Source of the DNA: Camelus dromedarius
Taxonomy: Eukaryota
Length of the DNA stretch: 64,000 nt
Assembly: GCF_036321535.1 (NCBI RefSeq)
Contig: NC_087436.1
Span: forward strand, 6,014,001-6,078,000
Direction of reading: 5' to 3'
Part shown: positions 1 to 12,000 of the stretch, one piece after another
Numbering within the stretch: position 1 is the first letter of the stretch
How the letters are laid out: each line of letters begins with the position of its first letter
Notes under the pieces: generated by a model
Database searches by the model: none
What the model saw: only the letters and a program-made list of their open reading frames with translations
What the model was told of the DNA's origin: nothing
Position numbers and translations under genes: made by a program

Positions 1-664
1 GTGGAAATACAACAAACGTGTACTGGACACTAAGGGACACTCAGGCACACCAGGGGGGGGTCAGTCCCCTGAGGGGAAACGTGGTGTTTAAGCAGTGAAA
101 GTGATGTGATTTTTATGGGAAAAATAAGAAGCATTCTTGGGATGCTGAAGATATACTTCTTTATTAAAACTTTTGCCTAGAGCTGGTCCTGGGCATTAAA
201 ATCACCCGGCATTAACACGTTGCTGGTTTAGGGATAATTTCTCCTTTAACGTCTCTTCACACATGTATTGGCTTCTGATGAATTTTCACCTTTTTAAAGC
301 CATAGATTCACATTACTGACTTTGTTAACCAGGGTGAGAAAAAGCAGTGTGCTCAGCTGATAATGAAAATCACTGCTGGCCTCGAATGAGTAATTGATTG
401 AAATGACATCTGCAAAGGGTATGAAACAAAATACACACACAAAAAAATGTTGGCAGTTTTTAAGCGGTTACTTGTATGTGAGCTCACGTTGAGATAAGGT
501 CACTCTGATTGTTCGTGTGTGGGTTGCCATGGGCACTGAACACAGTTTGCAGACAATACAACTCTGAGAGGCACAGTCACATTTTTTTACAAAATAGCTA
601 TTAATGTTAAATTTGCCGTTGATAGAATTTCATGATTCCTTTTAATGTCCTTCTAATTCTATTT

Positions 665-1200
665 TTTAAAAAATGATTGATGTACAGGTATGTAAAGTGA
701 AATGTACAGATTTCACGTGTCATTTTGATAGGTTTTCACAATGATGCACAGCATGTAACCTCCATCCGAAACAAGATGTAGAACATTTCCATCATCCCAG
801 AAAGTTTCTCCTGCTCATTACTAGTCAGTAAAATCCTGACTTATCATCACCTCAGGATCAGAGTGAAACACTTTCTAATTTCTATAACCCTCACATAATG
901 CTGTTTATTCTTGGATTTCATATACATGGAATCATAGAAATGCATTTTTTGTGTCTGGCTTCTTTTCCACAAGGGAACATTTATGTGATTTATCCCAGTT
1001 GTGAGAATAACGGTATTTTATCCCTTTTTATTGCTCAGTAGTATTCCACTGTGTGGATATAATGATTTATTTATGCATTTCTTCTTCATACTAATTTGGT
1101 TTCCTTTGTAGAGTTAGTTTGAATAAGTTTGTTATGCATATTCTTGTTAAAATGTAATGTTGATATAAGTTTTCTTAACTCTTCAGTAAATACCTGTTTC
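665..1200 (-). mobile_element. Old L1 (L1MB/MC/ME-like) 3' UTR fragment
   Basis: Motifs such as 'aagatgtagaacatttccatcatcccagaaagtttctc' and 'tttttattgctcagtagtattccactgtgtggatat' match the antisense L1M 3' end. Confidence 0.8.
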
Positions 1201-1229
1201 AGGATGGATGGTAGGCTTGAATGCAGAAG

Positions 1230-1700
1230 TTCAAACTAAAAAACATCTAAAAGATGTCATAGGAGAGTTATCTTCAGGCTATTAAGGGAAGCAAAGATTT
1301 CTTAGGTAGACACAAAAAGCACTAACCAGAAAAAAGCAAAATTGATAAATTGGGCTTTCTCAAAAGAAAATATTCTCCTTCTCTGCAGATGTCATTAAAA
1401 ATAAAATGAATAGGCAAGCCAAAGGTAAGAGTAAAATATTTGCAATCTGTATAACTAACAGAAGATTTTTGTCCAGAATACATGAACAAATCAACAGTAA
1501 AAAGACCAAAGACCAGTGAAAACATTTCATCAGACAACTGACAATATAAATGCCTCTCAGAGGGCTACAGTATGGAATTTCAGTACATAGTTTACCCAAT
1601 AGCTTTCTGACAGTGTGGTATTGGCAAAATGATACAAAAGTAAAAGGATGAAACAGAATAGATGGTCCAGGAATGAACTCAGATGTATGTCTAACTGATT
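1230..1700 (+). mobile_element. Old L1 ORF2 3' region fragments
   Basis: 'aagcaaagatttcttagg', 'aaaatatttgcaatctgtataactaacagaagatttttgtccagaata' and 'gacagtgtggtattggcaaaatga' are L1 ORF2-like. Confidence 0.7.
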
Positions 1701-2067
1701 CTCCTTTTAACCCATTCTGCTTCCTGTTGCCTTGTTGCCTCTTCAAGTCCCCAGTGTTATCTTTCTTCTTCTGTTTCTATGCTCTTCTTCACAATATAGT
1801 ATCTTGGCTTCAAAATCTCTATTTGTTTCTAACACTCCTCTTTTTCAATAGAGCATATGTTATCAACCATGAATTGAGAAATAATGTTTTCTCAACAAAA
1901 TAACTCATAACATGCCGTCCTCTACTGGTAACTTATTTAATCCTCTGTGGTAATCAACAACTTATTTTTAATATGAATACATTTTTTTTCCTGGTTGGTT
2001 AAGGAAATGTGATAAAGGGAAACAAACCTTAGATGAATGTAAGTGATGCAAGAAAAGGGTCATGACC

Positions 2068-2296
2068 ACACACTACTGTATATAAAAGAGATAAACAACA
2101 AGGACCTACTGTAGAGCACAGGGAATTATATTCAGTATCTTGTAATAACCTATAATGGAAAAGAATCTGAAAAGTAAAAAAAAGTATCTATGTAAGTACA
2201 TGTGTAACTGAATCACTTTGCTCTACATCTGAAACTAACATTGTAAGTCGACTACACTTCAACAAAAAATGTTAAAAAAAAAAACTAAAAAAAAAA
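2068..2296 (+). mobile_element. 5'-truncated cetartiodactyl-type L1 3' end with A-tail
   Basis: 'ataaacaacaaggacctactgtagagcacagggaattatattcagtatcttgtaataacctataatggaaaagaatctg...ctgaaactaacattgtaagtcgactacacttcaa' followed by poly(A). Confidence 0.92.
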
Positions 2297-2313
2297 TGAA
2301 ATGATTCCTTATC

Positions 2314-2413
2314 AGGAAGAAGAAAGAAAGAGAAGGAAGGAAGGAAGGAAGGAGAAAGAGAGGGAGGGAGGGAAGAAGGAAGGAAGGAAAGAAGGAAGGA
2401 AGGAAGGAAGAAA
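2314..2413 (+). repeat. (GGAA)n/(GGGA)n polypurine microsatellite
   Basis: Direct reading of the sequence. Confidence 0.95.
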
Positions 2414-3299
2414 GTCATGGAACTTGTCTTGGGCCTCCTTACCTCACACTGTGTTGGAGATTGGCACCACCCTTGTATAAACTCTGGACACAAGCCTCAG
2501 ACCTCTCACCAGAAATGGTAGGATGTGGGAGACACACTACTTTATCTCCTACCAGAATCCATGCCAGCCAGTCTTTTTCAATGTTAGACTTATTCAAATG
2601 GCCCCAGTTTCCAGTCTCCTCAGTCACTCAGTATTAATAGCTATTAACAACATTTTTAATTACATGATCTACACTTAAGTATTAAAAGTGGGAGTAAGCC
2701 CCCAGCGACCAGCAGTAACTTGGGTACCTGGGAAATAATGAAAATCCAAGACAACAATGTTTTCTAATGTAATGCTTCACAATTGTTTCTCAGAATATTA
2801 TCTGAATTCTGATTTGGGGAAATATTTTCAGTTCTGCAGAGTGCTTCCAATAATATGAATCAAAGAGAGAAAGCATCACTAGGGGGAGGTTCCAAATGCT
2901 TTTATTTGTTAAACTCCACTGTTAACATATTAAAGCTTACAGCAATTAATATTCTTCCATGGAAGGCTTTTTGTGCATTTCTATGATGGTGAGATGATAG
3001 TCCTTCAACAAGTCTGCTTTCGTATTTGAAATACCATTATTTAAAATCCTTAAATGGATAAATTAAAAGAAAAGTTTGTGCCAAGAAAAACATCAAAGAA
3101 AACAAAAAAGAGAGAAGGAAGGAGTGAAGAAAGGAAGGAATGAAGGAGGGAGGAGAGGGGAGAAGAAAGAAGAGGCTGAAACTTGGCTTCTGGAGACAGA
3201 TGATCCATCCAGTAATAGTCAGAAGCAGCTGCACCAGGCAGGAAGGGTTCTTCTTTTAAAATATTACATTTAAAAATCAGCCAAGGTGGGGGAAAAGTA

Positions 3300-3530
3300 A
3301 GCCTTCACAGTAACAGAGAGCGATCGCAACACGAGGTGATGCTGTGAAGTCTCGTAGAACAGGCGGGGCGGCAGTTCCCACGCACGCCCCCGCCCGGCAG
3401 CCCCGCCCCCGCCCGGCAGCCCCGCCCCCGCCCGGCAGCCACGCCCCCGCCCGGCAGCCACGCGCCTCTGGTGCGCGGTTGGCTGGAGGGGAGAATGTGC
3501 CCCACAGCGACCCTCTCCTACTCAAGTCAC
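3300..3530. promoter_or_regulatory. Small CpG island / GC-box-rich candidate promoter or enhancer
   Basis: Abrupt rise in GC and CpG density in an otherwise CpG-depleted window. GGCGGGGCGG at 3362-3371 and repeated CGCCCCCGC motifs. Confidence 0.65.
3384..3459 (+). repeat. Tandem repeat, 4 x 19 bp (m-cgcccccgcccggcagcc)
   Basis: Units start at 3384, 3403, 3422 and 3441 and differ only at the first base (a/c/c/a). Confidence 0.97.
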
Positions 3531-3774
3531 AAAACAGAGGAAGCAGCAAGACAAAGACAAAGTACTACTGCTTTAGGCACACGATTTTCTGACACAGGAA
3601 GATAACCAAGGACCGACAACCAAAGCTATAATAGTAAGTCCTGAGCAGCATGCTGCGTGCTTTTACAAAGTTATATGGCTTTCCAGCAACAGGACAGCTC
3701 TTCCCAGTAGGTATTATGAGTCGGTTTGATGATTATCATTTATTTACTTATTTATTGTAGATGAAGTTTTTACC

Positions 3775-3912
3775 TTTTAAGATTTTTAAAATTCTTTTTC
3801 TTCTGGGGGGTCAGTAATTAGGTATTTATTTATTTGTAATGGAGGTACTGGGGATTGAACCCAGGACCCTGCTGGCATGCACGCACTCTACCACTGAGCT
3901 CGACCCTCCCCG
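3775..3912 (-). mobile_element. tRNA-derived camelid-type SINE (vic-1-like), inserted in a MIR remnant
   Basis: Antisense 'ggaggtactggggattgaacccaggacc...ctctaccactgagct...ccctcccc' with A/B boxes. Degenerate flanking repeat tagatgaag/tagataaag. Confidence 0.9.
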
Positions 3913-4011
3913 CTAGATAAAGATTTTAGACTTGAAAGAGGTTGAGGACTACTCTCCAAGTCCCAAATCTGAATTGGACTGACTCAGAACCCGTCTTGTC
4001 CCACCGTCAAG

Positions 4012-4260
4012 GGAGTATTGCCCCATGGTTAAGGCCACAGAGTTGATGGCAGTGTTTCTGGGTGAAAATCCTGACCCCATCACTCATTTATTGTTTAAAC
4101 TTGAACAACTCACTTGCTCTGCCAAAAATTTGCTTTTCTCATATATAGCATGGGAATAATAAAGAAGCTAGCTCGTAAGATAGTGGCGAGGAGTAAGCTT
4201 GTTCATATATGTAACACCCTGGTAAGAATTCCCTGACATAATACGAGTTCAATAAATGCC
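4012..4260 (+). mobile_element. MIR SINE, near full length
   Basis: 'atggttaaggccacag...tgggtgaaaatcctgaccccatcactca...tttctcatatatagcatgggaataata...ttcaataaatg' is colinear with the MIR consensus. Confidence 0.8.
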
Positions 4261-5344
4261 TCCTGTTTTTATTATGACGTCCTGTATAAATTCTACTACT
4301 TGTGAAAACATGTATGTAGTCACTTATCATGTAGTAATAGTTTCTGAATATCTCCTACATGAATTAAAAAGTAATCTGTACTTCTCCTTGGGAGGGAAAC
4401 TTTATTTACCTATTTATATTACACACTACATTTTTTTGGAGAGAAAAGAAATACATATGCCCATGGGATAGTGGAAAATGCTATCATAATTACGTTCTGA
4501 TGGGATAAGCAATAGAATGTGAATCATGTCCAGTTACCCAATTATCCACAATCATCAAAACTATAGTTGCTATCTTGGCATAATTGCTTTTTTCTTTTTC
4601 TGCTTAGAACATACGGAGTAACTGTAGACAGCACTGCCTGACAATTTAAATCGGAATGGTCACGAGCTGCAAGATGTCTACTGACTAATTAGAAAAGGGA
4701 TTGAAGAGACATCATTTGCAAGTTTGTCAGTATTAGGAATTACCTAGTACTCCGTGATTACATATCAAATCTTACAGAGATTAATATTGTCTCCCAGAAT
4801 ATCAGTGTTTCATCGTCTGTTTCATAGGATGAACTTGAGAACACAGACCCTAAACAATTATTTCTGTTTGTGAAGCACTTACCCCAAGGGATGCCTTCAA
4901 ATTTTGCTCAGAGTAATGTAAGCTCTTGGGAAAACTTATTTCCAGCCATGTCAGGGCTGCATCACTCATGTATTTTTTTTTTATCTTTTCTTTTTCCATT
5001 TCTAAAAACCTTTCTTCTTCTCCCCTATTTCTGAACATTAAAATGCCAAGAACATTTTACATTTCTTAGATCTTCTTTTATCCCTGGCGATTCCTTGTGA
5101 GGCTCTGAGTACAGCGTAGCTAGGAATGTATCTCTGATAATCTCTCCAAATGACTACATTTTGGTTTTATCCTTTGCGTCACCATTTTTCCCTTAGAAAA
5201 AATCCTCAGTGTTCTCCATATTCTCTCTTTCTACCTCTAGCTCAAGTCTTCTTTGGATTTCCCAATTCTTTCTCCTACTAGACCAAAGTACAAATCTAGA
5301 ATTCTTAACACTGTCCTCAAACAGCTCTTGAAAGTGAAATAGTA

Positions 5345-5770
5345 CATTCAGCATATTCGTTTATTCATTTGTTCATATTGAGTGAATGTCAACTCTTTCC
5401 CAGGCTCTGCTGCAGATTCTGAAAATACTTCAGTAAACAAGACAAATAAGAGTCCTGTCCTGTCCTCATGCTGTGAGGAAGACATGAAAAACAGAGACCA
5501 ACCAGCCAGCCAAGCAAGGAACGTGCTAGTGATCACAGGACAGGAGGAGAGAGACGTGGTGAGGACGGTGTCTTTGAAAGGGTGGTGTTAGAGAAGAGGC
5601 CAAGAGAGAACTCTGAGAACATCTGTATCTGAGGCGGAAGGAACACGAAATGAAGAGCCTGAGCTTGGGACAAAGTGGTGTCTTTGAGAAGACAGGAAGA
5701 AAATCAAAGTCCTTGGAATGTGGTTAGCTAGGGCGAGAGCACGTGGAAGGTCAGAGTTCTGTGGTGCAGA
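5345..5770 (-). mobile_element. L2 LINE 3' fragment
   Basis: 'tttattcatttgttcatattgagtg...ccaggctctgctgcagattctgaaaatacttcagtaaacaagacaaataagagtcctg' is the antisense L2 3' end. Confidence 0.75.
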
Positions 5771-7024
5771 GATGAGACTCCATCTTAAATAACACTTAGT
5801 AAACGGCTGAAGTTCATGAGGCAGCTCAGAGCATCTCTAAGGAGGCTGAGAGGCAAACCCAGCTGCATAGACCAACAAGCCACCCACAGTGAGAGGGCTG
5901 CTTCAGGGAAAGCGTCACCACCACTGCTGCTCACGCCTTTGTGATTGGATACAGCGTTCCCCAAGCTCCACCACCATCCCTACTGGAAAGATGGGCTTAC
6001 ATTGTGTGTACTCACCTCCCCAAGTGGAGAGTCTTGCACAACTGCGGATGGACAGAGCCCGGGTCATGCAGACCACTGACTGGAAGGCTGGCAAGGTTCT
6101 AGCTTCTAACCTGGAAACACAGGATTCAGTATGTCCCATCAGAAGGGTCTTCATGAGATGACAGCTCATCAAACATGTGGTGAATGCCCACTAGATCACA
6201 GAGGAAAGCTGGGATTTTTAAATGCAGATATAATTTCAAGTGTGTTACGTATGATTCTATAGTCTTTTCCATCAAATTCTGCATCAAAGACCTTGAAATA
6301 TCCAAAATGTGTTTGAGTTTGCAGCATTACAGAGGTAGTGAGAAAGGGGAGCTGCAGTGATTGGGATGTGGCTTAATTCGTGGAGTGCTTCCGAAGCACA
6401 CTGAATCAGTGGGGCCACCTCCGCCAGCAGGAGCAGGGAGTGCTGGCCACCATGTCACATCTCACCAGCATCATCAGCAGAAAGTGATGCTTATGCCTCG
6501 AGAATAAGCCCATCACTTCCCTAGGACTCTGAGGCGGCGACGACTGACCACTGAAACAAGCACAGGTCATGAAGAGTTTGGCAGAAGATGGATAATTCCC
6601 TTAAATGTCATTCAAATCTTACACTCCTATGGTTACAACTACCACATTGCTAACAAAGCCAAAGTTGTTTTCCCAAAGGGACTTGAAAATGCAGACATTT
6701 CAAATTCAACACATATACTGACAAAAGGTCTCTCTTCACAAAGTTAAACTGTATTCTATTTTCAGGTTAACTGAACACGTTCAGAACCCATTTTCCCTTT
6801 CCGTGATTGGACAAAGACTGACCAGGTACTTGTTACCAGATAATGTAACAAGCGAAAGTCTGAATCTTTTAGGAATTCGTTTAATGCCTTAGATTAGCAA
6901 TGAAACTTTTTTCAAAATTCTGTTTTGTATATGGATAGGAAGTAGTTAAACTCATTCATCCCACATGCATGTCTACATATTATAAGCAAAACACTTAACT
7001 GTTCAAAGCCACTGGGAAGGAAGT

Positions 7025-7130
7025 CTGGCTATGTATCAGAATCACCTGGGGAAATGTGCTAAAATAAAGACTCTGGTTTCCACTGCAAGATTCTGATTCC
7101 TTTTTATCTCTCATGGGCTCAGGGGTCCAG
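7025..7130. mobile_element. MER5-like hAT MITE fragment
   Basis: 'atcagaatcacctggggaaatgtgctaaaata...agattctgattc'. Confidence 0.6.
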
Positions 7131-7519
7131 TGCACCTAATATATTTATTAGTAATTAAGTATGATTGTAATCTGTCCCCCAAGCATATTTTTTAGTAAAA
7201 TCACATGATTTTCATCTCATCAGAGATAAATAGGGGAGAGTGTTTACAGAAATAGGACCCAAACATTCTGCAAAAGGCATTCAAATAGCTACCGAACAAA
7301 GGACATGACAAACATTTATCTTTCTGAGAAAATCCATAGAAAATCCTCCCACTCCTCTACTGAAGTCTACACTCTTCTGAGAACCTAAATACTTAGGAGA
7401 ATGTTTCAAACGATCTCTGAAGGGTTTATTTAGTAATACTAACAATAAGAATAGCAAGCAGGACAAAAGATAAAAGATTATACATTGATTCAAAAACTAA
7501 TGAGGTATTCAAAAAATGA

Positions 7520-7880
7520 TATAATATGTAAATAAAAGATAAAACTAATTTTTGAAAATCAGAAAAACAGACCAATCTCTAGGCCACATAATAAGAATAT
7601 AAACAAAATTGACAGTAAGAATGGTACCATGACAATGTAGAGGATTTTTATAATAAGAGAATAATGCTTATAATTATATTTGATGGATGTAAAAGTCTAT
7701 GGTTTTTGAAAGTGAATCAATTTCTCAAACCAAAGCTGTGGGAAACTAAAGACTAATAATTAAATTACAAAAGAAATAGAGAAAGATATCCATGACTTGC
7801 CTTCTAAAAAGAATTCTGGGTTATTTATTTTTACACCTAAAATAACAAGGCTTCCTATGCTATAAAAATCTATTCCTGAG
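7520..7880 (+). mobile_element. Highly decayed L1 ORF2 fragment
   Basis: A-rich, with L1-like 'ataataagagaataatgcttataattatat' and 'caaaagaaatagagaaagatatccatgacttgccttctaaaaagaattctggg'. Confidence 0.55.
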
Positions 7881-9584
7881 ACCTGAGACTAGCGATCCAC
7901 AAGGCTCCCCTATGCAGTGAAGATCAATAGAAGTGATCAATGAAGTTCATCTAAAAGACAAATTAAAAAACCAAAACTGACCAAGAAAAAAAAAAAAAAG
8001 TCATAATGAAATGAAGGTATAAAAATGGCATCCAACTGTAGAACAGAGATGCTAAAGATCATGAGATCATTCCATTGAGCTGGAAACTCTAAAAATGAAT
8101 AAAAATTGTACAGAAAAACTACCGAACACCAAGGCCAGCACAAGAAGAATATAGATGATATCTAAGTATCATGTAGGATTAGAATGTTTTTGGCCAGGAA
8201 TATAAAAGATTGCTCACACAGGGCTCAAGCAGAGTAGACCTTTACTGTTAGACAGTTCACAATACGGAGAACAGCATGAGGGTCCTTAAAGCACGAAGAA
8301 TAGGGCTACCATAGGATCCAGCAATCTGACTCCTGGGCGTACACTCAGAAAACACGAAAACTCTAATTCTTCCAGTTCACCCGGCAAAGCCAAGAGTTGA
8401 GTGTCCACTTTCAATACTACCCAAAACCTGGAAGAGGAGAAATCACTCTACAGACAATTTTAAGGATGTTCACATGATTAACAACCAATATGAATAGAGG
8501 AATGTGATTCTAAAATATTAGAACTATGAATGGCTCAAAATTTTTTTAAGTTATAACTGAATAATTAAATCTGCATAATAAGGAGAAAACAACTTCTGGT
8601 GCATAATACAACATTCACTCATGACTGAAGAAATCTGGAACACTAAAGATAATCATAAGCATGAATGACCCCAAGGAAACATGATTTGGGTTGAGTACGA
8701 ATTTATTCAAAGAAGGAAGCAGAAAATGAAAATAGAATGCTGATATTTAATAGAAGTTAATAGTATGGAAAATATGGCAGCATATAGAGAAAATCGAAAT
8801 ATTTTGAGAAATATTCAATTCAAATTTGTTACCTTACAACTGGAAAAGAATTTTAATAGTTTGCCCGTTTGAAGTGCATCCATCTGCTGGGCTGATGCAA
8901 TGAGACAGTAATGTGAGTGGTGAACAGAGACCACCATACACAGTTCACGGCAGATACTGTGGCAATTCACAGAATTTTTCATATGAACTAAGAGAAAACA
9001 CAGACAGAGGCATGGCTTCCCGATTTCTGACAGTCTGCATGTCACTTACTGACCTGGATCTTACTGAGAACATAACCAATGAAAAATAACCGCGGCACAT
9101 TTCTGGTGTTTACAGTAACATTGCAAAAGAGAATGTCAGTTCCCCAGACGCCCAGTCTTCAGACTTGTCTGGTCTGTAACTGCATCTGATGCCTTAATAT
9201 GCAGTATCTCCCTTCCTTTTCATTCCATATCAGTGTAGCAGGTAAAACATTATATTTAGTCTCTCAAGCATGCAATCTCTATTTCAGATAACCAATGAAG
9301 GGAAGATGTTTCATCAATTAAAATAAGTGTATTTCACCTTTCCTAATTTTATACTTTTACCACCTTTGATATAAAATGCTATATAAGTCTACCGATACAT
9401 AAAGCAATGTGTTGAATTCATATAATTTCCCTCAAATTTAAAATTCCTCATTTTCTTTTTCACTTTTATTCCTCTCGTGGTCAGCATCTTAGAAATGTCT
9501 CCAAGACATTCGGGTTCAGTATAATTTTGTTAGTATAATTTAACTGCTAACTGGCTGCATATAAAAGAAATTCTAAACTTGCCT

Positions 9585-10060
9585 ATGATGGTCAGGAGTT
9601 TGCTAAAGAGAATAGACTCCATTCTAGTTATTTTTAAAAATAGTAAATGATTATAATTCTTCAGAGGGGCTGAAGATATAGACTCTAAAATGAGTCATCA
9701 AGAATAAGTTGCGATGTCAAATTTTGCTGCCAAGAAACAGCTACCTGCGACAGCTACTGAATTAAGAAGCTATTGGCTTCAGAACCACTAGATCAGGTTG
9801 CTACTTGCTAAATTTGGGCGTTGGCTCCATCCTTGCCTACTCCAGGACAGAACCACTGCTACTGCTTCACGGCAGCAAAATAGATCCTCACCCCTGGCAT
9901 CTCTCCCCACACGACTCAGTTCCAAATTCAAGAGTACGTCACAGTAGCAGAATGGAAGTCTCAGCAAGGACTCTGCTCCAAGAGGGCCTCGGAAATGTAG
10001 GCTGAAGTCTTCCAGTCTCTGCAGGAAAGGGGGTTAGAACTTAGTTTGAAGGGGTTGGGG
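9585..10060. mobile_element. Old MaLR (MLT1-like) LTR remnant
   Basis: 'ggtcaggagtttgctaaagagaatagactccattctag...cagttccaaattcaagag...gggcctcggaaatgtag...cttccagtctctgcag' resembles old MLT1 LTRs. Confidence 0.45.
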
Positions 10061-10499
10061 ATGCATATTGAAAAACCCAACAACAATGGCCTCACAAGCA
10101 GAAGCCAAGGCAGAACCTCATCTGGAGTCGCAAACGATTACACAATAGGAGTGAAAGTAGAACTGCTGCCAACTATATTCCCTTATAAATAAAATTATCA
10201 TCATTTTTAATCTTTTACAACAAGTAGTTCAGTGTGAAACACCAATCTCTTAAAAGCTTTTACACAAAGCAAATGATCATTATTTTAATAAAGTAGTACA
10301 AGTCCATTAAAGTTGTCAAAAATATATCAAATAAAGTAAATGTACAGGTTTTAATATGTACACATAAATATATATGTATAAATAGGTAATTATATTTACA
10401 CATGTCACATAGTATATATGATATATATTTATATTTTGTCTTAGATTCCTTTAAAATCAATTGAGACTCGATTACTCTAACAAAAATAAAAATAATATA

Positions 10500-11515
10500 T
10501 TCATATGGGAGTCTGGAAACTGTAATAAATATGATTGTATTAATGTAAAAAATAGTAATACAGCGTGGAATTTTAACGTATAATGTAGTAAAATGCATGA
10601 CAACTTTAACACAGTGTCGTGGGCTAGAGGGGTAAATGGAACTGTATGAAGGTTTTACACTGTACTCTAAAGCAGTCACTAGAAACCATTACAGAGGTAT
10701 AGCCGAGAACACCAATGCAAGAAATGAAGTAGAATATTTTCAACTTTAAAAATTCACCAGAACAAAAGAGAAATGAAGGAAGGTAAGAACAAAGAAAACC
10801 TGGAATAATTCTGAAACAAATACCACAATGGGAAACTTAAACTCGACCACGTCAAATATTACATTAAAGACAAGTGGATTAACTATTTCATTCAAAGACA
10901 GAAGATTATGAAACTGGAGCTCCAAAAAGCACGAATCCAGTATATGCTACTTTCAGGAATTATTATTTAACTAAAAAAACACAGACATCATGAAAGTAAA
11001 GGTATAGGAAAAGACATTCAATATAAATTCTTAGTTTAAGAGAACACATGTATTAATTATAAGGCAAAAAAAACAGACTTAAAGACACATAAAGGAAGAC
11101 GTTTCATAATCATAGAAAGATCAATTCATCAAAAATACATAACAATACTAAGTATGCACATACCAAACAATAAAGCTTCATTTACATGAAGCAAAAATTG
11201 AGAAAACTTCAGGGAGAAAATTTAACACAGTAAGAACAGAATATTTTCATTTATTTCCCCCAGAAGATGACAGCATACCCTGCCAAAATGTAGTAAAGTT
11301 AAAGAAATATTGAATATTAGTAGTCAAGTTGACATAATTTATACTGATAGAATATCACAAGCAAAATGTGGAGAATATTTCTTTCAAATTTACATAAAAT
11401 ATTCATCAATATTGGGCCATAAAACGCTTTTCCATAAAATTCTTTAAATTAAAGTTAAAGTGACTGGAATCACACAGTTCATGTTCTCTGACCATTAACA
11501 GTATGAAATTTAATA
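10500..11515 (+). mobile_element. Old L1 inter-ORF region and ORF2 endonuclease-domain remnant
   Basis: 'aaatattacattaaagacaagtggattaactatttcattcaaagacagaagatt', 'gatcaattcatcaaaaatacataacaatactaagtatgcacataccaaacaataaagcttca', 'atgttctctgaccattaaca'. Confidence 0.85.
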
Positions 11516-12000
11516 TCACTTGCAAATATTTTCTCCCATTCTGTAGAGAGTCTTTTTGTTGTGGCAATAGTTTCCTTTTTGTGGAAGCTTTTAACTTTAA
11601 TTAGGTCTCATTTTTTTTATTTTTGCTTTTCTTTTTTTGTTTGCCTTCAGAGACAGATCCAAAAAATTCCTACAATTTATGTTGAAAAGTATTCTGCCTA
11701 TGTTCTCTTCTAGGAGTTTTATGGTTTCAGGGCTTAATTTAGATCTTTAAGCCATTTTGAGATTATTTTTGTATATGGAGTGAGGAAATGTTCAAATGTC
11801 ATTTTTTTACATGTAGCTGTCCAATTTTCCCAGCACCACTTATTGAAGAGACTTTTCTCCATTGTATATTCTTGCCTCCTTTGTCATAGATTAATTGACC
11901 AAAGGTGCATGGGTTTATTCCTGGGCCTTCTGCACTGTTCCATTAATCTATGTGTCTGTTTTTGTGCCAGTGCCGTGTTGTTTTGTTTGACTACAGTAGG
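11512..12000 (-). mobile_element. Inverted 5' segment of a younger L1 (ORF2 3' part)
   Basis: Starts 'cacttgcaaatattttctcccattctgtag' and is antisense L1 throughout. Confidence 0.9.

Noticed and set aside
2445..2493. Minus-strand peptide CPEFIQGWCQSPTQCE resembling a C-x7-C-x5-C zinc finger, followed by a GAG|GTAAGG donor
   Set aside because: An in-frame TGA lies just upstream, there is no credible acceptor, and the final His is absent. Most likely chance.
3270..3592. Several Gly/Arg/Pro-rich ORFs over the CpG island
   Set aside because: They are translations of the GC-rich 19-bp tandem repeat, with no domain similarity.
10260..10679. 139-aa Ile/Tyr-rich ORF
   Set aside because: AT-rich low-complexity and antisense L1-derived sequence.
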